Positions 9,091-16,930 of a stretch of DNA of 32,000 bases are shown piece after piece. The notes below the pieces were generated by a model. The model did not search any database. It worked only from the letters and a program-made list of their open reading frames with translations, and was not told where the DNA came from. The stretch's first letter is position 1. Each line of letters starts with the position of its first letter. This DNA is from Ruminococcus albus 7 = DSM 20455 (GTDB taxonomy: Bacteria > Bacillota > Clostridia > Oscillospirales > Ruminococcaceae), in contig NC_014824.1 of assembly GCF_000179635.2 (NCBI RefSeq), forward strand, positions 60,001-92,000. Reading direction: 5' to 3'. A program made the position numbers and the translations under genes.

Positions 9091-10752
9091 ATGATCAACT
9101 TATCAATGCCTATTTATGCAGCTAATATGAAATTTCCCGATGAATACATATCAGGAAACCCGGGCTCTACAACAATTAAGACCGGAGCGACAGGTGCTCC
9201 CGGAGTCGGTAATTCAAAAAAAATGCCAAGGGTTCATAAATCAAAATTTTCAAACGTTTTCACCATTTTGGTGGGAATAGTAAAAGAAGAAATAAAAGTT
9301 GCCTGCGCTGTTTGCGGGAGTGACAAAATATACGCAGAAATCAACGAAAAGCCTGTAGTATTCAATAATGGAGAATTATCTTCAATAGAAACACTCTCTC
9401 CAAAAGATATTGTAGCAGCTGCTACAGTTTATTATATGACAAATGCAGACCCTGATTACGAAGAATTTCAAGAGACAGCAAAAAAAGTAATTAGTGATAT
9501 CAGATCTTCTGGAAAAGCAAATTATGAAGACGCATTATTGCTATGTGATTCTTTTTATTACACAGCCAAAAACAAACTAAGTCAGGATCCTGCTTCAGGC
9601 TCACCGGCATTTATAGATGGAGAACCACTCAGCGATGAAAGCATAAAAGAAATGGGTAGGTTCTTTAAACCTAACATTTCAAACGACTTCCCGGCAAATA
9701 CATCTATTTTTTCAGCAATCGATTTTAAAGAGAAAGCTACTATATCAGAATCCGAAAAAACAACAATAGTAGATATAATATCAAGATGCAAATCAGGAGA
9801 ATTCATTCTTCCTTATGAATGGAGCGCTGACGACAGACAGCTCATTCCTTCTCTAAGTTTCCTTGATTTGTATATCCCTAGTGAAGATTTTGAGGACGCA
9901 CTGATCACTATGCACAGAGCCGGAACAAAAATCATCCAAAATATGGATCTCGGTAAAACAGGAGAAAACGCAATCGGCAATTACGGTAAATGCTTCGCTT
10001 TTATCGGGAAGCCCGGTACAGGTAAATCAACCATGAGCAAAGCTCTATGCGCTGCATTAGGCATGCCCTACTATCCATGTACAACAACAAGATACTCCGA
10101 GGAAGATGAATATCAGGGAAAACTTAAAATATCATCGTCCGAAGAAACATCCTCAGCAGCATATACAGGTTCAAGCAGTAACTTTAAGTTCTGTGAAACA
10201 CCATTCCTTAAAGGCTTCGAACGGGGAGGAATAGTAGTACTTGAAGAATTCAATTTGGCCGATCCCGGTATGCTCATGGGTGCCATAGGACAAGCAATCG
10301 AGAAACCCTTTATCATCGAAAAAGACGGATACTTGCCAACTGTAAGACATCCTCTGTGCATGATCTGTGTGACATGTAACATTGGCACACAAGGCTCTCA
10401 GATGCCGTCTGAAGCACTTTTCTCAAGAACGCCACACGTATTTGAGATCGATGATCCGGCGGATGAACAATTCGTAAAGATCCTCGGCAAACAGACCGAG
10501 GATGTATCAGAAAAGCAGATAAAAACTGTATACAGCACTTATAGGAAGGTTCTGGACTGGTTGAAAACCGAAAATATGCCGGAACTTATAAAGGTACTAA
10601 CTCTCAGACATTGCCTTGCAGCCCTCGATCAGATTGCGGCAGGGATCTCAACAAAAAAAGCACTTCAAAGGACTTTAGTAAATCCCTTGAAGGTTTATGC
10701 TCCAGATGTCGCAGAGGATGTAAAAGTCGGAATAATCGATATAATAAAGTAA
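9091..10752 (+). CDS. CobS/MoxR-like AAA+ ATPase (AAA_5 type) with an uncharacterised N-terminal extension of about 300 aa
   Basis: Start moved to the ATG at 9091 (TAGGAGGACTAAAA RBS). Walker A is GKPGTGKST and Walker B is GIVVLEEFN. The downstream layout (HPLCMICVTCNIGTQG...FSRT) resembles CobS-type ATPases. A VWA-protein gene follows directly. Confidence 0.8.
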   Translation: MINLSMPIYAANMKFPDEYISGNPGSTTIKTGATGAPGVGNSKKMPRVHKSKFSNVFTILVGIVKEEIKVACAVCGSDKIYAEINEKPVVFNNGELSSIETLSPKDIVAAATVYYMTNADPDYEEFQETAKKVISDIRSSGKANYEDALLLCDSFYYTAKNKLSQDPASGSPAFIDGEPLSDESIKEMGRFFKPNISNDFPANTSIFSAIDFKEKATISESEKTTIVDIISRCKSGEFILPYEWSADDRQLIPSLSFLDLYIPSEDFEDALITMHRAGTKIIQNMDLGKTGENAIGNYGKCFAFIGKPGTGKSTMSKALCAALGMPYYPCTTTRYSEEDEYQGKLKISSSEETSSAAYTGSSSNFKFCETPFLKGFERGGIVVLEEFNLADPGMLMGAIGQAIEKPFIIEKDGYLPTVRHPLCMICVTCNIGTQGSQMPSEALFSRTPHVFEIDDPADEQFVKILGKQTEDVSEKQIKTVYSTYRKVLDWLKTENMPELIKVLTLRHCLAALDQIAAGISTKKALQRTLVNPLKVYAPDVAEDVKVGIIDIIK

Positions 10753-10767
10753 TACAACGATCGAAAT

Positions 10768-10789
10768 GCTGCGGTCATCTGACCGCAGC
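10768..10789 (+). promoter_or_regulatory. GC-rich intergenic hairpin between the AAA+ and VWA genes
   Basis: A 9-bp stem, GCTGCGGTC-ATCT-GACCGCAGC, sits 16 nt after the AAA+ stop codon. It is followed by TATTTCAAATT, which is not a clean U-tract. Confidence 0.5.
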
Positions 10790-10816
10790 TATTTCAAATT
10801 ATATAAGGAGAATTTT

Positions 10817-13207
10817 ATGAATGAAAAATCAAAGACGGAACTTTTAAGATTCTGGAATGGATATTTTAAAAAGCTATCGAAAATAGATAGTATGATAGTA
10901 GGAAAAAAAATCGCTGTCAAAAGATGTGACGATTCTTTAGCCTACACTACAACAAAAAAAGACAAACGAATTATTTCCATTAATCCTTTTAGTCCGAGTG
11001 TACCGGAGTATCTGGTGAATGCAAAAAGATTCATAAACGGGCTGAACATTCATGAGGTCGGACACCAAAGATTCTCGGATTTTGATGCTCACAACAACTT
11101 TATAAAAATAATGGAGACTGCATCCAACATAAATTTCACTAACTGGCTTAAGAAATACGATTACCCCCCGTTGGAACTCTCCAGGGCTTATACAAAAAAG
11201 GAGGTATCTTTATTCCATCGTATATGGAATATAATCGAAGATACTTCTATAGAGTATTGGACATACGAAACTACAGGCGGCGAATTTCCTAACGATCTTC
11301 GCTTTACCGTAACATCAACTTATGAATTAGGCCCGAGCCTGGAAGAGTACGATGATCCATTTAGCCAAGTTTGTGCCGCAATGCTGCAGTACGGAGATAT
11401 AGGATTACTCAAAGGAAAATTTACATTTCCCGAAGCAAGAAAAATGTTTCTGGAAATTCAACCATCATACGATGAAGCTATCGAAGAAGGAGACGCAAAA
11501 AAGCGCATTTTAATCGCTTATTTTGTCTTCGAGAAGCTAAAGGTTTTCTGGGAACCACTCCTTAAGCAACAAGAGTTAATGGAAGAGCTGCTTAAAAATC
11601 TGGCTCATGATCTTGCTCGACAAGGTAAAGGTACACATTCATCAGATGCCTCAAGTGCATCACCGGGCGAAAAAAGCGAAGATGAAATCAAAAAGAAAGA
11701 AAAGAAGGAATCAAGAAAAAAAAGAACGATCGAGATGACTAAAAAGGAACTTGAAAAACTTCTTAAAAATCTCGAAAAAAATGACGATAACTCTGAAGGA
11801 GAAGAAGTTACCATCAAAATCATCGATGATGATAATGAGCCAGAAGAGAAGGAAGATGCTGAATCAAATGGAAACAGCGGTTCTGTTTCTTCAAAGAATG
11901 ATAGTACCAATGATGAGAATGGTGATTCAAACAACGGGATCAAATCTGAATCTACTGATAATGAAGACCATTGTAAAAGTAATAGTTCCGACAAATCTGA
12001 TGAAAACAAATCAGATGGAGCAGAGGATTCAAATATAAAAGATGAGCCTGCGGATAATGATTCCTCTGATGAGGCGAAAGCAGAAAATGATGAATCAAAT
12101 GAAAAAGAAGCAGCTAACGATTCCTCAAAAAAAGATTCAGAAGTGGATGAAAACGACAATACAAGCGGTTCAAATGACCTTGTAATGGAAAACTTTGATG
12201 TTGAATCCATCAATACTGATCTCGAAGATGATGATATTTGGGAAGATGTTGAAATCAGCCCCGAAGAGATCGACAGAATAAACGAAGAGATCGACGAAAT
12301 CATAAGTAACGAAATTATTTTTGAAAAAAAGAATATAAATGACGATAAATTGATCGATTTCCCGGATATACAAGGAAGAGGTTTTACAAAAGCAAAATGT
12401 AAAAACGTTGTTCTTGACGGTACATCATCATCTCTTTCAACGGCATATGAAAACGAAGTATCATGCATTGCCGGAGATATAGATAAACTTGCTGAAAAGC
12501 TGAAAAGAGCATCTGCAAAACCTAACACTGTAAAAACAAGACGTTCTTCGGGTCGTTTATCGGTTGACAGGTATTCGCGTTTTGATGCTCATCCTACCAC
12601 AAAACTCTTTGACAAAAGAAGAACAGCCGGAGAAAATGATTTAGCAGTCTTTATATCTGTTGACGAAAGCGGATCTATGAGCTGCGGGCGGCGTTCAAAT
12701 TCCGCAAGGAGGGCAGCGATCGGCATAGCTGAAGCGTGTGCTAAAGCTAAAATACCACTTTATATCATGGGCTTTACTGCAGATATAGACGGATACGAGG
12801 CGTATCACTTACATTACGTTCGATGGAAAAACACCATCGATGAACGTTATTCTCTTATGAATATATCTGCCAGAATGAATAATTTTGACGGATATAGTAT
12901 AAGATATGCTTCGAGACTTCTTCAAAAAAGAACCGAGAAAAATAAGCTGTTGATTGTAATTTCTGATGGTCAGCCTGCAGCGCAAGCATATAGAAATTAT
13001 TCAAATATTGGCGTTGCAGACACTAAAGATGCTGTACGTCAAGCAACCGCTGATGGTCTTGTCGTTCACGGAATCGCTATTGGCGGAACGGATGACGAGG
13101 TCTTGAAAGAAATCTATGGAGTAAATTTCACAGAAAACGACAATCTCTCTGATCTACTCAGGGATTTTGGCTCAGCGATCCTAAAACAATTAATTAAGGA
13201 AAGGTGA
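10817..13207 (+). CDS. CobT-like VWA protein with an N-terminal HExxH-containing domain, a long acidic low-complexity linker, and a C-terminal von Willebrand A domain
   Basis: Start moved to the ATG at 10817 (AAGGAG RBS). HEVGH is encoded at 11051-11065, with IIEDTSIE downstream. About 230 aa are D/E/S/N/K-rich (roughly nt 11610-12310). The MIDAS motif is VDESGSMS, followed later by VISDGQP. Confidence 0.8.
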   Translation: MNEKSKTELLRFWNGYFKKLSKIDSMIVGKKIAVKRCDDSLAYTTTKKDKRIISINPFSPSVPEYLVNAKRFINGLNIHEVGHQRFSDFDAHNNFIKIMETASNINFTNWLKKYDYPPLELSRAYTKKEVSLFHRIWNIIEDTSIEYWTYETTGGEFPNDLRFTVTSTYELGPSLEEYDDPFSQVCAAMLQYGDIGLLKGKFTFPEARKMFLEIQPSYDEAIEEGDAKKRILIAYFVFEKLKVFWEPLLKQQELMEELLKNLAHDLARQGKGTHSSDASSASPGEKSEDEIKKKEKKESRKKRTIEMTKKELEKLLKNLEKNDDNSEGEEVTIKIIDDDNEPEEKEDAESNGNSGSVSSKNDSTNDENGDSNNGIKSESTDNEDHCKSNSSDKSDENKSDGAEDSNIKDEPADNDSSDEAKAENDESNEKEAANDSSKKDSEVDENDNTSGSNDLVMENFDVESINTDLEDDDIWEDVEISPEEIDRINEEIDEIISNEIIFEKKNINDDKLIDFPDIQGRGFTKAKCKNVVLDGTSSSLSTAYENEVSCIAGDIDKLAEKLKRASAKPNTVKTRRSSGRLSVDRYSRFDAHPTTKLFDKRRTAGENDLAVFISVDESGSMSCGRRSNSARRAAIGIAEACAKAKIPLYIMGFTADIDGYEAYHLHYVRWKNTIDERYSLMNISARMNNFDGYSIRYASRLLQKRTEKNKLLIVISDGQPAAQAYRNYSNIGVADTKDAVRQATADGLVVHGIAIGGTDDEVLKEIYGVNFTENDNLSDLLRDFGSAILKQLIKER

Positions 13208-13211
13208 TATA

Positions 13212-13706
13212 ATGCTGATTGAAGATGGTAAATTACTATACCTAGTATCGGATGATCCGGAGCTCCAAAAAGAAATGAGGATACTGGAAAGTAAATATAG
13301 CGGTAGTCCAGAAGCTGAAAGACTGCCTCTTACTCCAATTGAAATGCCCGATACAGCCCCTGAACCAAAAATCAACAACACAAAGCTTCCTGATACCATT
13401 GATGTGAAAAGCGCTATGTCTCAGTGGAGCGAAAAGACTACAGAAGATAAAAAGAAACTGATACGCACTGTTATTTCATATATACGGTCAGTGAAAGAGG
13501 ATGCAAATCTTTCATACGCAGAAAAAATCAACAAATTTCCCAAAGATATCCCTGATTTGGTAAGGCCTATATATAGAGATGTTGTCAGAGGCAAAGGATT
13601 TAAAAAATTATCCGACTTGCTCAATGATGGCTCTCAGGATTTTGAAAGTATTTTTAATGAAATACTTGAAAGATTGAGAAATATGATCAAGCCCTATCTG
13701 AATTAA
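13212..13706 (+). CDS. Hypothetical protein, tightly linked to the VWA gene
   Basis: The ATG is 5 nt after the VWA stop codon, with a GAAAGGTGA RBS inside the VWA 3' end. No recognised motif. Confidence 0.6.
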   Translation: MLIEDGKLLYLVSDDPELQKEMRILESKYSGSPEAERLPLTPIEMPDTAPEPKINNTKLPDTIDVKSAMSQWSEKTTEDKKKLIRTVISYIRSVKEDANLSYAEKINKFPKDIPDLVRPIYRDVVRGKGFKKLSDLLNDGSQDFESIFNEILERLRNMIKPYLN

Positions 13707-13720
13707 TATTTGATCGTTAA

Positions 13721-13756
13721 AGCTCTTGCTTCGGCAGGAGCTTTTGATTTTTTTTG
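13721..13756 (+). terminator. Intrinsic terminator ending the AAA+/VWA operon
   Basis: A 9-bp stem with a TTCG tetraloop (AGCTCTTGC-TTCG-GCAGGAGCT) is followed by TTTGATTTTTTTT. Confidence 0.7.
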
Positions 13757-13757
13757 A

Positions 13758-13777
13758 AAAATCTGCTATAATATAAT
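13758..13777 (+). promoter_or_regulatory. Extended -10 promoter (AAAATCTGCTATAATATA)
   Basis: TGcTATAAT lies about 120 nt upstream of the 13895 ATG. This 18-mer is identical to the first 18 nt of the 22-mer found at 22708-22729 and 24248-24269 (minus strand). Confidence 0.5.
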
Positions 13778-13894
13778 TATAGAGGGTAAGCTTAAACCAT
13801 TAATAAGATATTTTCGTCTACAGATAGCTAATTGAGAGGAGGGGAGCCGCTTTTCTGCTCAACATAAAGCGTTGAGGTATTCTGCGGCGTTTAT

Positions 13895-15316
13895 ATGAAT
13901 GATGTAACAGAATGGTATCTAAAACATGCCAAAAAGCTTGATAAAAAGTATTATAACAAGGGAGAACCGGTCTACGTTCTGCACAGAAGAACTCTGATGG
14001 CAGCTAAAAGTATTATTGATTTGATAAATGATATTCCTGCCGACGACCTGTACCTTGAACTGTATATGCTTGTTAAGGACAAAAACTTTGGCAGTTTTGT
14101 CGGAAGATATCAGTATGTTTTAGAAATGGCGAAAGAGAAACCGGATGTTTTCACCGAACAACTTTATGACTTTTATCTCAAAATGGCATCTACTATAAAG
14201 AAGAACAACTATTATTTGCGCTTTTTCGAATTCGTGTCCTATTTTCAGAATGAAGATATGAAAATCATGGACACAAAACGACAGCTCGTTTATCGGGCTT
14301 ATACCAATCTATTGATGAATCAGGCTGAATTTTTGCGCAAAAATAAGTTTGAATTAAACAAAATGGTCGCAGGTGTGACCACAAAAGGGGAGCTCATCGA
14401 GGTAGATGATATCTGCCCGAATTTGGACTCTTGCGTTCACGAGTTCGAACACATAGCGCTTACGGCACCAGACAAGCTAAAACCTGACACAATGTTCAGA
14501 ATATACGAAAAAAGAGGATATAAGATCAATTCATGGGAAGATGCAGATGTACTTCGTGTTACTCAGCAGCTCCACACAAACTCAGTAGCTTACCTGACTC
14601 CATATATAAACGAGTTTACGATAGACATTATTCCGCAAAAAAGGTTCAATCCTGAACTGGGAATGTATTTGAATAGTATTCCCAAATTGCTTAAGGACAA
14701 CAATACATTAAAAGAAACTCTTTGTCATCGTCGAAAGACACTTTCTTCTAACGGTTTAAAGATCCATTTTGAAAACAGTACATTTATGAAAGACGTGCTG
14801 CTCAAAGAGATCTATCACAACGGAGCTATTGTATGCCTTTATCGAATGGAAACTACACAAGGCGAAACGGCAGGTTTTTATAATACACAGAATAAACAAT
14901 TTGCGTCAATGTTTGCATTCACAGAAGAACAAATTATTCTTCTGGGACGATTTGTTGAGACTGTAATTTTATGGTGTTATGCTGCATTTGTTGGTTCAGA
15001 TACAAATGTTTTACCTACATCGGAGTCCTATAATGATTATATCTTAGATAAAAATGCAGATGTAACTTTTACTTCAATAGGCGGCAAACTGAGAGTTCCA
15101 ACGGAAATCAAGCACATTCGAACAATTGCCGGTGACGATCGCTACGAATCTGAGATAAAGCATATCAGCGGTTATATCCGTAAATTACCGGATGGACAAA
15201 AAGCATCTGAAAGAGCGCTGGCGCTTGCTCAATCACTCGGTTATGACCTTAATGATAACGAAACTTATGTGCAGCCATTTGAACGCTCAAGCTGGATAGT
15301 AAAGCCCGAGCATTAG
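13895..15316 (+). CDS. Orphan 473-aa protein containing an HEFEH motif
   Basis: Long ORF with normal composition. HEFEH is encoded at 14438-14452. The RBS is weak or distant. I recognise no protein family. Confidence 0.65.
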   Translation: MNDVTEWYLKHAKKLDKKYYNKGEPVYVLHRRTLMAAKSIIDLINDIPADDLYLELYMLVKDKNFGSFVGRYQYVLEMAKEKPDVFTEQLYDFYLKMASTIKKNNYYLRFFEFVSYFQNEDMKIMDTKRQLVYRAYTNLLMNQAEFLRKNKFELNKMVAGVTTKGELIEVDDICPNLDSCVHEFEHIALTAPDKLKPDTMFRIYEKRGYKINSWEDADVLRVTQQLHTNSVAYLTPYINEFTIDIIPQKRFNPELGMYLNSIPKLLKDNNTLKETLCHRRKTLSSNGLKIHFENSTFMKDVLLKEIYHNGAIVCLYRMETTQGETAGFYNTQNKQFASMFAFTEEQIILLGRFVETVILWCYAAFVGSDTNVLPTSESYNDYILDKNADVTFTSIGGKLRVPTEIKHIRTIAGDDRYESEIKHISGYIRKLPDGQKASERALALAQSLGYDLNDNETYVQPFERSSWIVKPEH

Positions 15317-15395
15317 TTATATACCCATAAAAAACGTAGTGTAGGAATAAAACCTTATTATTCCTCAAAAAAATAGTCTTTGAAAAGGTGAGTTA

Positions 15396-15611
15396 ATGGA
15401 ACTGAAAGAAATGATCACTCGTGAAGAAGAAAAAAGAGATGTTAAACAAAATATAGATACTCTCTTGTGGACACTTGAACGAATAAAAAATGGTATAGAA
15501 AACGATGAAATACCCGATGTAACAAAGTCAGGTATCATCAGAGATGTTGAATGTGCTGAAATAATAGTCAGAATAATTCAGAACAAGGTAAAAGGAAGTG
15601 AAGTATTATGA
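15396..15611 (+). CDS. Small hypothetical protein (charged, helical)
   Basis: AAAGGTGAG RBS. Its stop overlaps the next start (ATGA). Confidence 0.5.
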   Translation: MELKEMITREEEKRDVKQNIDTLLWTLERIKNGIENDEIPDVTKSGIIRDVECAEIIVRIIQNKVKGSEVL

Positions 15612-15958
15612 CGATCAAAGAGGTTATGCGTGAAGACTTCCTTGATTTCGTTTACAAACCATATGAACTGTATAAACAGGTATCCATGTCAGATATTGAA
15701 AAGATGATTGACGGAGAAAAAATAACCGTCGAATTGAAATTCGGAAGAGTTAATGACGGTGAGTATATTTTGGAACGTAAAAAAGGTACGTTATATTTTT
15801 ATCGAAAGGGTTATTTTGGAAAAGCCATTATCTATTCCAAAAACGGAATCGAAGCAGTGATTTCAGATAGGAATTTTCAAAAAGGGTTAATTAAATGTCA
15901 CGCCACCGGAGTTATTGCTCACACCGAAAGTTTCCCGAGATTTTTTGCGAAGAATTGA
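15608..15958 (+). CDS. Hypothetical protein
   Basis: Its start overlaps the preceding stop by 4 nt (ATGA), indicating translational coupling. Confidence 0.55.
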   Translation: MTIKEVMREDFLDFVYKPYELYKQVSMSDIEKMIDGEKITVELKFGRVNDGEYILERKKGTLYFYRKGYFGKAIIYSKNGIEAVISDRNFQKGLIKCHATGVIAHTESFPRFFAKN

Positions 15959-15979
15959 AATTAAAAGGGAGAGATTTTT

Positions 15980-16258
15980 ATGATCATAAAAATAAACAAT
16001 AAAGAATTATATATAAATTCGAAAATGTATCATGCCGCTTCCAAAATCGCTGAATTCATACTAAAAACCATGAGAACCAAAACACGCAGCAATAATCAAA
16101 ACACTTTTTATTACGCTATAATTATAGCTTTACACACGTTGACCGGAGAAACGCTTTCTTCTATCGATGATGACGAACTTGATATTCTTATGCGAGCATG
16201 GGATGATAATAATAAGGAACTTATAAAAACCGAAGAAGTTGCAATAGAAGGGGAGTAA
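15980..16258 (+). CDS. Hypothetical protein
   Basis: AAAGGGAGAG RBS. It is the last gene of the plus-strand run. Confidence 0.5.
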   Translation: MIIKINNKELYINSKMYHAASKIAEFILKTMRTKTRSNNQNTFYYAIIIALHTLTGETLSSIDDDELDILMRAWDDNNKELIKTEEVAIEGE

Positions 16259-16317
16259 TACAAGTTAACTGTTTTATTCCGAGTGTGATTGAAATACAAA
16301 GGAACAAACTGTTGTCA

Positions 16318-16400
16318 GATAAATAACTATAATTGTCGATTTTACCGCCTAACTCGTGTCTTTAGTCATGAGTTAGGCGGTATTTCCTGACAATCCATCA
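16318..16400 (+). repeat. Copy A of an approximately 80-bp hairpin-containing repeat (IS200/IS605-end-like)
   Basis: An 11-bp stem, CCGCCTAACTC (16345-16355) / GAGTTAGGCGG (16370-16380), encloses GTCTTTAGTCAT. The reverse complement matches 24596-24700 closely, flanks included (...GTCAgGAAATaCCGCCTAACTCATGACTAAAG...GGCGGtAAAATCGaCAATTA...). Confidence 0.65.
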
Positions 16401-16532
16401 TGCATATGATATAAATTTCTCCATATATTATATAATACAACCATAGCAAGAAAATGTTTGTGAATATGCCTATAAAATAACGGCTTCTTTTGTGCGAATT
16501 TACAAAAAATAGTTATAAAAAGCGAGAAACAG

Positions 16533-16561
16533 TTTACAAACAAGATTGGATATGCTACAAT
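16533..16561 (+). promoter_or_regulatory. Sigma-A-type promoter upstream of the RNase III-like gene
   Basis: TTTACA, a 17-nt spacer, then TGcTACAAT. It would give a leader of about 360 nt before the ATG at 16931. Confidence 0.55.
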
Positions 16562-16930
16562 GTACACAACATGGATGGCATAGATCGTTTTGCTGTGTGT
16601 TCGTGCGCCTGGTCATAAGCTATGAACAGCTTTTGGGCAGAGTGGCGGCATTCAGAAAAATGTTTATTATGGTATTAATGAATTAATAATATATTTGATT
16701 CTATTTCTTTGTTTAGAGTTGTGCAAAAAACAGATTCATCAAAGATTATTGAACATGGAGTTTTTCTTGATGAAATGATTTATTTGCAGAGTTTGATTTA
16801 AGAAATGGGTTTATTTTAGTATATCACAATATGGGCTACCTCTGTGTATCTCATATAGTTTTTGCTGTATATTTGCTGATTTTGCCTCCATGAGTTGATC
16901 ATTCAACCAAATTTATGGGAGGTATTTTTT

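Noticed and set aside
11605-12528. 307-aa minus-strand ORF antisense to the VWA gene
   Set aside because: It is Ser/Phe/Leu-rich low complexity that mirrors the D/E/S/K-rich acidic linker on the sense strand. It has no RBS and is a shadow ORF.
9091-13207. Annotation as genuine cobaltochelatase cobS/cobT
   Set aside because: There is no cobN or any other cobalamin gene in the window, and the context is mobile or accessory. The similarity is at the architecture level only, so no gene symbols were assigned.
15343-15366. Hairpin AGGAATAA...TTATTCCT after the 473-aa gene as a terminator
   Set aside because: It is followed by an A-run rather than a T-run on the plus strand, and the next gene is in the same orientation 30 nt away. 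It is more likely an intra-operon stem.
16589-16600. 12-nt identity GTTTTGCTGTGT shared with 24300-24311
   Set aside because: Exact 12-mers are expected by chance many times in 32 kb of AT-rich DNA when both strands are compared. The similarity decays immediately beyond the 12-mer.
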